64,000 nucleotides of DNA from a virus: IMG/VR virus record IMGVR_UViG_3300037087_000046, positions 18,835 through 82,834 of that record; one strand, given 5' to 3'. Below, piece after piece: positions 1 through 8,694 of this stretch; the first letter of the stretch is position 1, and the number at the start of each line of letters is the position of its first letter. The position numbers and the translations under genes are program-made. Below the pieces are notes generated by a model. That model was not told the DNA's origin, searched no databases, and worked only from the letters and a program-made list of their open reading frames with translations.

Positions 1-670
1 TAATGTTATCTTCCCCGAAGTTATTAGCAAGGTCAGTAACGCTATTACAGACACAGTGGCTCAGAGCCTCACCAGCCACAAGAACAACGTCGGCCTTTTT
101 CAAGGTATCAATCAGTTCGGTGTTAAGTTGAGTGTTGCAATCTTTTGGGTCAGGTACGTCAGCCAGAAGAAGTGAGTAGTGTTCCGTGAATGGGTTAGAC
201 CCTTTCGTGATGTAATTGACCCACGCAGTCTCTTTTTCTTCCCAACGAAGGAGAGACTCATACAACTCTGCATACACCTTGTGCCCGGTGCTACCAATCA
301 AACAATGCGGGGGCCAGATACAAAGAACATAGCGGCTGTTCTGTTCCAACGTTTTAACGTAATCAAGGAAACGATTGCGGAGTTGGGGAAGGGTAGGATT
401 CCACACGCCGTTCTTCACATCCGTAACGGAAATAACCGTAAACGGGTTAGGGTGTTTACCATTTGCATCCACCCACATGTTGGGGTGTGCAATGTGGTTA
501 AACGAGTGGGAATCCAACGACACACGGATGTCATTCAATTTGTCCCCATACTTATCAACCATCTTAACAAGCCGACTCATATCTGAGTCAGCACCTTGCA
601 CAAACAATGCTCCTGTGGGGTCACAAAAGTCATGCTGTGGGTCTACTACAAACAAGTCAATTTTTTTCAT
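1..670 (-). CDS. Nicotinamidase / isochorismatase-family cysteine hydrolase (runs off window start; absent from ORF track)
   Basis: Manual translation MKKIDLFVVDPQHDFCDPTGALFVQGA...SLDSH...HIAHP...WPPHCLIGS...KGSNPFTEHYS...VAGEALSHCV; RBS GGAG upstream; open to base 2. Confidence 0.85.
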   Translation of the reverse strand, partial: MKKIDLFVVDPQHDFCDPTGALFVQGADSDMSRLVKMVDKYGDKLNDIRVSLDSHSFNHIAHPNMWVDANGKHPNPFTVISVTDVKNGVWNPTLPQLRNRFLDYVKTLEQNSRYVLCIWPPHCLIGSTGHKVYAELYESLLRWEEKETAWVNYITKGSNPFTEHYSLLLADVPDPKDCNTQLNTELIDTLKKADVVLVAGEALSHCVCNSVTDLANNFGEDNI

Positions 671-718
671 CTTTCTTTTCTCCTTGGTTTATTTAACTAC
701 AAGAAACACTCTACACCT

Positions 719-3403
719 CTACTCCTGACGTGTCAACATTTTCCCCTTGAGTATCCAAGGTTGCTCTCCTTCCGGGTGTGGTGAATCTTTCCAAACTAAG
801 TTTGCCATATAGCGTTGTCCATTATCTTTTGGGTAACGCCCACTAATGATGTTGTATAGTGGGAACTCTTTTGACAACCTGTTCTTTGTCCATGTCTCTG
901 CATCTTCTGACAAGTCATTGAACTTTCGGTAGAACTCAGAGAACTTAATAACACCACCATCTACAAAATCGCAGAAGTCCTCAAGGAATCTTGACAGCGA
1001 TGTTTCATTGGTATTCTGCAAATTACTCTTCTCCATTGATTCAATCACAGGCACCTTCAGGCGGTCATTAGATTCAGGGATTTCCAGATTCAATACTGCT
1101 GCCAGAAAGTCAGGTGCTTCTTTTTCAAGCAAGTTACTGAATATGTGTTCTGGTACTCTGTTCTCCTCTGGAATGTCTGGAACATGAAATACGGTTATGC
1201 GAGTATCACCGGGGAACGTGGGGCAGTAAGATGCAAAGTTTGCACATTGAATCCAGTGCGTTGTATTGTCTGAGTGGTAAGGTGTATCTCCTTTCCGGTG
1301 AATCAACAGATCAGGGCTTGTTACCCAATCCTTGATACGGTGCAACGCTTCAGGTTCTTTAGACAAATCAATCTCTTCCACAACACAAAGAACCTTACCT
1401 TCAATTTCATAGTTGAAGGCATCCTTACTCTTCAGGGCTTGTTTGGCAAACATGTATCCTTCAGTGAAAAGTTTTTTAAGTGCCACATGAAACGAAGATT
1501 TACCTGTGTTCTCATTCCCATAAAAGAACAGGTAGGGAAGATGCTCATAAGGATTTTGGAACAGAGACGCAATCCAAATTTTAAGATAATCCGCCCCGGT
1601 ACAAACACCGTTCTCTCTTGCCCAATCATTATCAGAAAGACAACTATCTAAACTACTGCCACAATGGTTTAACATTTGTGTCCATGTGGGGTAAGACAGA
1701 TTATCCTTATCTTCGCTTGGGGTATATTTGAACTTAGCCCCAAACCTATTCCATACACGGTCGCCTGGATATTCCACATCGAACGGACGATTGATAATCT
1801 TCCAGGGGTTTAGGATACATCCTCCAGTGTACTGAGTTGCTTCTTTGCTGGTATATCCAAGAGACTGAAGGGCTGCCCGAACATTTGCAACAGGCTCCTC
1901 ACCCCAAGCACCACCACGAAGAAGAACCCAATCTGCATCATTTCCTTTAGAGTCAACCAAGTGACGAACCTTCTCATCATCTGTGCTTACCTCTGACTCA
2001 CGAACGGTCTCGGTAGTGGTATTAAACATCTTGACCCATTTCCCCTTCTTACCTAACCATCCGGGCATGGAGTCACCTTCTTCTTGTTTGATGGAAACAA
2101 TAAGACGACCATCCTTGTGTTCTTTCAAGGTTGTCCCACGGTACTCCATCTCTTTAGGAACGTCGATAGCCGCACCGAGGATAGATGCCGCTGTAACCGC
2201 TGCTGAAGACGTTTTAAAGACAATCTCCCCCGTTGTGTCCTCTAAGCCACCTTCGGCTCTGGAAGCCGTCAGAAGGTCTGGAACAGCGTTATAGAAGCAC
2301 TTTGTCCAGCCACTGTTATCCTGTGTCCAAGTAGTATCTTCTTGACACCCATTTCCGAACCTACGAACCACCCATGCCCCCTTTGGAAGCGGGAAGCAGA
2401 AACAATTCTGGGAGGTTAAGTCTGAACCAGTTGAGTTGGTTTTAAAGACACCTTTAAAGCCCAAGTCCTTGTGTGCCTTTTGAAGCATATAAGTGTGGGC
2501 GACAAGAGCATAATGGTCTTGGTCCCACCACCATGCACTATTACTGTCCTCAAGATAAGTTAGTAACTGACGATGTTCATCCGTTAAGGAAACACGAGGG
2601 TACTGTCCACTGAGTTGTTCTAAAAAGTCGGCATCTTTTGCTTCTTGCCTACGATTAGAAACACGAATAACCTTTACGTGGTCTCTCCAGTTAGGAGGGG
2701 GTTCATCAAGAGGGATACCTTGCTTGATAAGGCTTAGCCCATCCGTACCCTCCATCTTACGCCCCCACACCCACATGTTACCACCACAGGTATCTACCTT
2801 GGACTCAAGGACAATACCGGACAAGGCAGAAATCTGACCAAGGATGCTGCGTGCGAGTGCGGCATGTTCTGTGTGGTTAGCGGTAGGTACATTTAGAAAC
2901 ACATAAATGTGAAACCCTGACCCAGAGGTAGACTTACGGAGAGTTACCCAAGGTATATCGGTTACTGCATGAATGATTCCGTCCAACTCATCTTGAGTCA
3001 GACCGACAGCATGATTCATAACTGAGTCAAAATCGAACGCAACCCAACGGGACACAAGGTTCTTCCAATCCCATCCGGTCATACCAATTGCATCAACGTG
3101 CTTAGCCAAATTCCATGTGAGTGGTTTATCTTCGTACTCTGGCTTTGTGTCTGCATGATAGGGAATACGGAATACCTTCCAAGTCTCATCACCATCTGTA
3201 TAAGCCTTGTAGTTGTTTCCCTTATACTCCCCAATAACAAGTTCTCCATCGTCCTGCGCTACATTTACTTGGCATTCCATATCAGCACTGTAAAGTTCAG
3301 ATAAGTCTTGGTGTGTAGCATTAGTTAAAAAATTCTTGATAGCCTCAGTTTTTAGCAAATCGTATACTTCCTTCCTTAGCGGTCCCCCACATGCCCGAAC
3401 CAT
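719..3403 (-). CDS. Primase/polymerase fused to SF3 (D5-like) helicase
   Basis: 894 aa; DFD and STSGSGFHIY prim-pol motifs; Walker A GNENTGKS and Walker B VVEE in the C-terminal half. Confidence 0.85.
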   Translation of the reverse strand: MVRACGGPLRKEVYDLLKTEAIKNFLTNATHQDLSELYSADMECQVNVAQDDGELVIGEYKGNNYKAYTDGDETWKVFRIPYHADTKPEYEDKPLTWNLAKHVDAIGMTGWDWKNLVSRWVAFDFDSVMNHAVGLTQDELDGIIHAVTDIPWVTLRKSTSGSGFHIYVFLNVPTANHTEHAALARSILGQISALSGIVLESKVDTCGGNMWVWGRKMEGTDGLSLIKQGIPLDEPPPNWRDHVKVIRVSNRRQEAKDADFLEQLSGQYPRVSLTDEHRQLLTYLEDSNSAWWWDQDHYALVAHTYMLQKAHKDLGFKGVFKTNSTGSDLTSQNCFCFPLPKGAWVVRRFGNGCQEDTTWTQDNSGWTKCFYNAVPDLLTASRAEGGLEDTTGEIVFKTSSAAVTAASILGAAIDVPKEMEYRGTTLKEHKDGRLIVSIKQEEGDSMPGWLGKKGKWVKMFNTTTETVRESEVSTDDEKVRHLVDSKGNDADWVLLRGGAWGEEPVANVRAALQSLGYTSKEATQYTGGCILNPWKIINRPFDVEYPGDRVWNRFGAKFKYTPSEDKDNLSYPTWTQMLNHCGSSLDSCLSDNDWARENGVCTGADYLKIWIASLFQNPYEHLPYLFFYGNENTGKSSFHVALKKLFTEGYMFAKQALKSKDAFNYEIEGKVLCVVEEIDLSKEPEALHRIKDWVTSPDLLIHRKGDTPYHSDNTTHWIQCANFASYCPTFPGDTRITVFHVPDIPEENRVPEHIFSNLLEKEAPDFLAAVLNLEIPESNDRLKVPVIESMEKSNLQNTNETSLSRFLEDFCDFVDGGVIKFSEFYRKFNDLSEDAETWTKNRLSKEFPLYNIISGRYPKDNGQRYMANLVWKDSPHPEGEQPWILKGKMLTRQE

Positions 3404-3776
3404 CCTTAGTCTTAATCCAAATCGAATAATGGGTTATGAAGAAGTTATCCACAATATCACCTACTACCAAATCGTTGTGTCTTACTTGTGCCCATCCTGA
3501 AATCTTTACATCGGGGTAATTCACAAGTGAAAGGGACAGAACACCGCCAGAATATGTAATACCACAAATTTCTTGGTGGATTATGTTAGGTGACTCTGGG
3601 TCTATAAGGAATTTTCTGATAGGGACACCATAATGCTTCCCGATTTTCTTTGTACCGACTATTTTATAGTTATAGCCAGTAACAGGGCAGAATCCCTTAT
3701 AGCAATTACCATTGTGTGGTTTATTAAGCCAATAATTATCAGTCTCTATCATTTGGGTGGAAGATACTCCCAGCAT
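3345..3776 (-). CDS. Hypothetical protein
   Basis: ORF in a tightly packed minus-strand operon. Confidence 0.55.
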   Translation of the reverse strand: MLGVSSTQMIETDNYWLNKPHNGNCYKGFCPVTGYNYKIVGTKKIGKHYGVPIRKFLIDPESPNIIHQEICGITYSGGVLSLSLVNYPDVKISGWAQVRHNDLVVGDIVDNFFITHYSIWIKTKDGSGMWGTAKEGSIRFAKN

Positions 3777-4195
3777 ACACCATCTTTAGGGTATGAGCAG
3801 GTGGCATATCTTCTGCAACTAACCGGACAGACATTGGAATATTTATCAATGTTTGTAAGTCTCACAAACTGATTAAAAGTCAAATCATAATGGGTCTTAT
3901 GATACTCATACCGAGAGGCTTCACACTGTTCCCATTTAGCAAAGGGGTATCCAAGTATTTTATCCTTTTCACACGAATGCTTTACTTCCACACCGAATTT
4001 CTTTTCCAATATGTGTCCGGTGGATAATTTCCACCTACCAGCCCTTTCATACTGGGTTTCTTCACGCTTGGTAAGAACATCCCCATTCCTAAACCCTGTT
4101 ACTTCATACTCTAACCCATTTACAACACATGGGTTACAACTACACTCATTTGACGGGTAAACTTTATTACCCTTCTCATCCACTAAGTAGACCAT
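3749..4195 (-). CDS. Hypothetical protein
   Basis: Operon packing; start overlaps the upstream stop. Confidence 0.6.
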   Translation of the reverse strand: MVYLVDEKGNKVYPSNECSCNPCVVNGLEYEVTGFRNGDVLTKREETQYERAGRWKLSTGHILEKKFGVEVKHSCEKDKILGYPFAKWEQCEASRYEYHKTHYDLTFNQFVRLTNIDKYSNVCPVSCRRYATCSYPKDGVCWEYLPPK

Positions 4196-4413
4196 TATTC
4201 CATCTCCTTCAGAGTATTAAGCAAGTGTGACATACACTCATCAAAGGTATCAAATTCATGTACATTTATAACTCTATGACCATCGGGGAACCTATATTCC
4301 CATGTATAGGGGTCACAGTGACATGCCCAATAGGCGACGATACTACCATCTTCCCGTGTTGAATAGAATGTACATATATCGCCTTCTACATCATGTTTAT
4401 GGTTGGTTATCAT
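4195..4413 (-). CDS. Small hypothetical protein
   Basis: GGAGG RBS before ATG; operon packing. Confidence 0.55.
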   Translation of the reverse strand: MITNHKHDVEGDICTFYSTREDGSIVAYWACHCDPYTWEYRFPDGHRVINVHEFDTFDECMSHLLNTLKEME

Positions 4414-4564
4414 TAGTAACCTCCTCAATAGCCTTCATGCAATCTTCAAGCGTGGTATAGTCTTGGCAATTCCTGATAATCTGCCCAGTTTCAAGGGTTA
4501 TCTTAAACCCAAACATCATGTCTACTGTGCCGATAGGTTTACCTTCTTTGTCAATTAGTTGCAT
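4397..4564 (-). CDS. Small hypothetical protein (55 aa; not in ORF track)
   Basis: MQLIDKEGKPIGTVDMMFGFKITLETGQIIRNCQDYTTLEDCMKAIEEV fills the gap; C-terminus resembles the neighbour (FDTFDECMSHL). Confidence 0.5.
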   Translation of the reverse strand: MQLIDKEGKPIGTVDMMFGFKITLETGQIIRNCQDYTTLEDCMKAIEEVTNDNQP

Positions 4565-4929
4565 AGGTTCTCCCAAATAGTACGACGCAGTTTATCAATA
4601 AGATAGTCTGGGTTAGTGGTATATTGTATAAAGTCTCCCATACGCAATGAGTTACCAGCATAGGTTCCTTTTATATCAACCCGCAATAGACCGTCCTTTA
4701 TTGACACTGGTTTGATGGTTATAGTCCATGTTGCATCAGTAATGCAGTCTTCTTTTAAGTCATGCACCGTGGTATGGTTTTTAAACCATCTCCATTTATC
4801 ATAATCACTGCCTGTAATCCTTGCTCGTATGTACTTCTCAACTACCTCATTCTTGAATGCTATTAAACAGTTCCATAGAATGTTGTCATCACCAACTGTG
4901 TCAAACACCTTTTCATAATGCGTTTTCAT
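4555..4929 (-). CDS. Hypothetical protein
   Basis: AAAGGAGG RBS before ATG at 4929; downstream of a promoter. Confidence 0.65.
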   Translation of the reverse strand: MKTHYEKVFDTVGDDNILWNCLIAFKNEVVEKYIRARITGSDYDKWRWFKNHTTVHDLKEDCITDATWTITIKPVSIKDGLLRVDIKGTYAGNSLRMGDFIQYTTNPDYLIDKLRRTIWENLCN

Positions 4930-4955
4930 GGTTGACCTCCTTTCAAACCAGAAAT

Positions 4956-4985
4956 AGTCTACCACGTCGGAACGCCATAAGTCAA
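4956..4985 (-). promoter_or_regulatory. sigma70-type promoter for the primase operon
   Basis: TTGACT-18-TAGACT with TG extension. Confidence 0.65.
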
Positions 4986-5000
4986 GAAAAATCGTAAACT

Positions 5001-5257
5001 GACGCAATTCACTGATTTTGCCCAAAAATCCCTACTCTACATTTTCATATATATAACACATATTTTTCTAGTGGAGTAGAATAGGTAAAAATGATCTTAA
5101 ATCAGTAATTTGATCAGGAATGGACTTTTTCTTAGCAAATTTACTGATCGTTTTACTGATCTTTTTGCTTTTTGGACTGACTCTCCCAAAAAACGATCAG
5201 GAATTGGGTTACTTTTCAGGTAAAATCCTGTTACCCAAAATCAGTGAGAAATTAGGG
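5001..5257. repeat. Long inverted repeat copy 1 (partner 43383-43639)
   Basis: Reverse complement matches 43383-43639 with about a dozen differences by eye; rich in ACTGAT/ATCAGT and GATC. Confidence 0.95.
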
Positions 5258-5258
5258 G

Positions 5259-5288
5259 TTGACAGCAAACAGTCTAACGTGTTAGACT
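5259..5288 (+). promoter_or_regulatory. sigma70-type promoter with palindrome over -10
   Basis: TTGACA-18-TAGACT; AGTCTAAC-GT-GTTAGACT. Confidence 0.8.
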
Positions 5289-5379
5289 ATTTCTGCCTAA
5301 TGCTTCTTATGATGGGAGCAATAAAGGTTCTTGACCACATCAATGGTGAAGATTCTGGTGGAATGATGTAAAATAATCC

Positions 5380-5409
5380 TTGACAACAGGGAAGATTTTG
5401 TGGTAGACT
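5380..5409 (+). promoter_or_regulatory. Tandem sigma70-type promoter
   Basis: TTGACA-18-TAGACT with TG extension; no palindrome. Confidence 0.7.
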
Positions 5410-5630
5410 TTATATCTAATGCCGGGACAGTGTCGCCTGGTGACCCCTGTGGGTCGCTCCCGCAGTAGTTTCTTTTAAAGGATACTAACATGGAAATCGA
5501 ATACTTTTACCAACCTACACCCATTACGACACTGAAGGCATAAAGAATTATGCCCGTGAAATTTTTGGTAAGATTTTGGTTATTGATGGTAAAACAAACA
5601 TCGATGTACCAACCCTGAAAGGATACTAAC

Positions 5631-5972
5631 ATGATTGAAGCAGAATGGGTAACAACAGCAGGGTTACATGCCGCAGTATTGTTTGTCCATGACTCACACC
5701 GTTGTGGGTATGTGGAAGTGCCCCCCACAAGCCAATGGTATGGAGTAAATTATAATTGCGTGGATGTGGAAGTGCATGGTGGGTTGACTTATTCTGAGAT
5801 GAGTGAGGGGACATACCCTACCAACAACCCCTGGAAATGGTGGTGGTTTGGATTTGACTGTGCCCATTTGGGGGATGCAACTAAATACAATAATGAACCC
5901 TGGGACATTATGCGTTCTTTGGAATATGTAAAACAAGAATGTGAATACTTGGCGAGGCAACTAATTGCTTAA
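5631..5972 (+). CDS. Conserved phage protein
   Basis: HRCGYV...VHGGLTYS...WWFGFDCAH motifs typical of a widespread phage family. Confidence 0.75.
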   Translation: MIEAEWVTTAGLHAAVLFVHDSHRCGYVEVPPTSQWYGVNYNCVDVEVHGGLTYSEMSEGTYPTNNPWKWWWFGFDCAHLGDATKYNNEPWDIMRSLEYVKQECEYLARQLIA

Positions 5973-6816
5973 AGAAATCCCCATCCAAGATATTGTCCCC
6001 ACGAAGCATCTTCTACGCCCCGTCAATAAAAAAAGCAAAGACTACATAGGAATTTTAGAGGCCATCCGAACCTCTGGATTTATGGGGGCAATTGATGTAC
6101 GCCCAAATAAAACTAAATTCGAGGTGGTGGATGGTATGCACCGTTTTGAAGCAGCCAAGCAACTACGGTTATCCTCTATACCCTGTAACATTTCTGAGCG
6201 TAGTGATGAAGATGTTATGCGATTGCAGATTGTCAAGAATCTGCATAAAGTAGAAACAACCCCCATGCAGTATGCTAAACGGCTGTTGCAAATAAGTGAA
6301 AATAAACACTTGACAAACGCGCAACTTGGTGATATGATATGTAAGGACAAATCGTGGGTATCATATACCCTTCAACTTGCCCGTAACATCACTGACCCAG
6401 CACTGATTAAAATGATTGATTCCGGGCAGATTGAAGTTAATACGGCATGGATACTGGCACGAATTAACCCGGTTACGCAAGAGTGGATTGACTATGCGCT
6501 TACGTTACCCAGGCATGAGTTCCTTGTGCGGTATAAGTCTTATCTTCGTAATGAAAGGGGGAAATTTGGCGCAAAAGAAAAAAAGGTATTTGAACCTGTA
6601 GCAACAATGCGTTGGATGAAGGACATCCTTAAAGAGATTAAGGAGCCGGATGAGATACTATCGTACAGTATGTACGATAGTATGACACCGTTAGACGCAG
6701 CAGTAATGGCTCTAAAGTGGGTAGTCCACTTAGACCCTAAAAACCTAATAGAGCAAGAAAACAAATTCCTTGCAAGAAAGACAGCAAATGACAAACGAAG
6801 TAGTCAATTACAATGA
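5965..6816 (+). CDS. ParB/Spo0J-like N-terminal domain protein
   Basis: IDVRP...VVDGMHRFEAA...NL motif followed by an HTH-like region. Confidence 0.8.
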   Translation: MLKEIPIQDIVPTKHLLRPVNKKSKDYIGILEAIRTSGFMGAIDVRPNKTKFEVVDGMHRFEAAKQLRLSSIPCNISERSDEDVMRLQIVKNLHKVETTPMQYAKRLLQISENKHLTNAQLGDMICKDKSWVSYTLQLARNITDPALIKMIDSGQIEVNTAWILARINPVTQEWIDYALTLPRHEFLVRYKSYLRNERGKFGAKEKKVFEPVATMRWMKDILKEIKEPDEILSYSMYDSMTPLDAAVMALKWVVHLDPKNLIEQENKFLARKTANDKRSSQLQ

Positions 6817-7483
6817 TTTGGGAGTAACAAGCAGTTTCAGTGCAAACGATTTTTCAGCAGTTCCCACCAACAGTTTCACCCCCCGTATTCAACTCAAAAC
6901 AGCGGCATCCAATGAAGTGAAAAAGAAGGAGTTTCCGGCTGACAACTATGCGCTGATTTATTCCAATCAGCCGCTTATTGACCTTGGGGAACGAGTTGAT
7001 GTGCTGGTTCTTGCAAAGCGTCCAGTGGCTATGGATATGACAGACAAGACCCACCCCATCTTTGTTCATTACCCCAGGTGTGATGCAGAGGGGCAACCTA
7101 CTGGTGAGTTTAAACGAATCATGGACAAGTCTGTTATGGAGATGACCATGAAGGCTGCAAACAAAACCTGTTCGTTTGGCAATGAGTTCCTTCTTTACAT
7201 CCCTGTGAAGAAAGTGTTTGCTACACTTGCTTGTACAAGTGTTTCCGCAAAGTGGGTTGCACCGTTTATTGAATCAAACATCCACAAGCCTGTTACGTTG
7301 TCCAGCGTGTTCCATGACAAGGGTGCAAATCCCTTCCAGAAGATGCACGTTACGGAATGCTCCACCCCGTTTGATGCACCGGATATGGGTTCTGCAAAGA
7401 TTGAATTGCAAAAGTTCCTTAACCCGGTTGATGGCGTTGCTGAAGAAAAAGTTGAGGACGACGGTAATACACGCGAGCGTTAA
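6788..7483 (+). CDS. Putative single-stranded DNA-binding protein
   Basis: PRIQL motif, acidic C-terminus, position in the replication module. Confidence 0.5.
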   Translation: MTNEVVNYNDLGVTSSFSANDFSAVPTNSFTPRIQLKTAASNEVKKKEFPADNYALIYSNQPLIDLGERVDVLVLAKRPVAMDMTDKTHPIFVHYPRCDAEGQPTGEFKRIMDKSVMEMTMKAANKTCSFGNEFLLYIPVKKVFATLACTSVSAKWVAPFIESNIHKPVTLSSVFHDKGANPFQKMHVTECSTPFDAPDMGSAKIELQKFLNPVDGVAEEKVEDDGNTRER

Positions 7484-7485
7484 TC

Positions 7486-7712
7486 TTGCATAGGTTGGCC
7501 CCTATGTATCAAGGCGGGTTTGACTATAGAGTGGATACCACTCGCTCCGGCTTATGTGCAACAAGGAATCAGAGAGCCTACTGCTTAGCCACCAGAGGGC
7601 GTTTTTCCGGGCATGTAGCATACTTGGAAAGCAACCCGAACACCACTGTAAAAGTGGTCTTGTAGTGCCCTGTAGTCGGGGTAACGGAGGCGGACTACTG
7701 CCGCCAGCAAAG
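7486..7712 (+). ncRNA. Candidate structured RNA (unknown class)
   Basis: GC-richer intergenic with nested stems (TTTGACTATA/TGTAGTCGGG, GAGTGG/CCACTC, AGGGCG/TGCCCT, ACCACT/AGTGGT) followed by a terminator. Confidence 0.45.
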
Positions 7713-7747
7713 CCACCCACCGGAATATCCGGTGGGTGGTATATTTT
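7713..7747 (+). terminator. Intrinsic terminator-like hairpin
   Basis: CCACCCACCGGA-ATA-TCCGGTGGGTGG then TATATTTT. Confidence 0.7.
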
Positions 7748-7761
7748 AAGGCGAAAACATA

Positions 7762-7908
7762 ATGGGTGAAGAAATGATTACTATTAACAAAGAGACTTAT
7801 GACCAGTTAGTAGAGGACTCTAACATACTTAAGTGTTTGAGGGCATGTGGAGTAGATGATTGGGATGGATGGGATGACGCAATCGATATGTCAGGGGTGA
7901 ATGACTAA
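7762..7908 (+). CDS. Small protein with GVDxWxG motif (gp5.9-like, often annotated RecBCD inhibitor), copy 1
   Basis: MGEEMITINKETYDQLVEDSNILKCLRACGVDDWDGWDDAIDM; below the ORF-track length cutoff. Confidence 0.6.
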   Translation: MGEEMITINKETYDQLVEDSNILKCLRACGVDDWDGWDDAIDMSGVND

Positions 7909-8057
7909 TGCAAGATAAAGTAACCACCGATGTTGTAGCAATTAGTAAAGAAGAATATGAAGCACTGAAGGAACGCAGTAAATTCCTCACGACTCTTGAA
8001 AAGTTGGGTGTTGATAGTTGGGTAGGATATTCTGTGGCGTGTGAGGTAAAAAAGTAA
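7908..8057 (+). CDS. Small protein with GVDxWxG motif, copy 2
   Basis: MQDKVTTDVVAISKEEYEALKERSKFLTTLEKLGVDSWVGYSVA; TAATG coupling at both ends. Confidence 0.6.
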   Translation: MQDKVTTDVVAISKEEYEALKERSKFLTTLEKLGVDSWVGYSVACEVKK

Positions 8058-8245
8058 TGCGTCTCATCAAGATTAAGAATACCCATAAGAAGACAGTGTT
8101 GATTGTTGATGCTGATTCTATTATGGCAGTGGAAGAACGTGATGGGTTTGAAGACAGCCCTCCTGGTGTGGATATTATGATGCGGGATGGGACATTGTTT
8201 CCCCTGGAATATGTTACCTTTAAGAGTGTAGCACGATGCTTGTAA
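8057..8245 (+). CDS. Hypothetical protein
   Basis: Coupled ORF. Confidence 0.55.
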   Translation: MRLIKIKNTHKKTVLIVDADSIMAVEERDGFEDSPPGVDIMMRDGTLFPLEYVTFKSVARCL

Positions 8246-8694
8246 ACATTCTTACTGGCCCCGTGGTGAATTGGACAATGTTTGTTACGGAGTGCCAACG
8301 GGTATTGGGGCACAGTCCAACGCGTATCTTGGATTGCCTTGGTATCAAAACTGAAAGCCCGTTGGCACTGTTACTTACCATCCCGGTAAGTAACAAAGAA
8401 CAGAAGGCTTCCCTTAGTATCCTAAAAGAATCTAAACTTGACCACTACTACCTAACTATGTTGATGACTTGTGAGAAGCATGAGTATCCTGCAAACTTAG
8501 CCGAGGTGACTCAGCTAAGAGTACACCATGTTGAAGGTGATGATGAATGTGTGGCATTCATTACAGGGTCGATGAAGGATTGGATAGAGACTATTATCAT
8601 CATGGAACGTGATGATAAACAGGTAAAGAATTTTAAAACTCTGGCTCTACAACAACTAAAGATGCTTGATTACTACGAGGTTCTCAATGGCTGA
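8236..8694 (+). CDS. Hypothetical protein, possibly a degenerate ThyX fold
   Basis: LDHYYLTM and ITGSMKDW resemble ThyX LEHxxxTF and MTxNxRxW; no RHR motif. Confidence 0.45.
   Translation: MLVNILTGPVVNWTMFVTECQRVLGHSPTRILDCLGIKTESPLALLLTIPVSNKEQKASLSILKESKLDHYYLTMLMTCEKHEYPANLAEVTQLRVHHVEGDDECVAFITGSMKDWIETIIIMERDDKQVKNFKTLALQQLKMLDYYEVLNG

Noticed and set aside
179-784. Plus-strand ORFs at the window start
   Set aside because: Antisense to the nicotinamidase gene, which the ORF track missed because its stop is outside the window
5120-5371. 83-aa ORF with a hydrophobic N-terminus
   Set aside because: Lies within the inverted repeat and promoter; the second IR copy has an indel that breaks the frame
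7510-7710. tmRNA
   Set aside because: No alanyl acceptor or T-arm consensus, and no tag ORF
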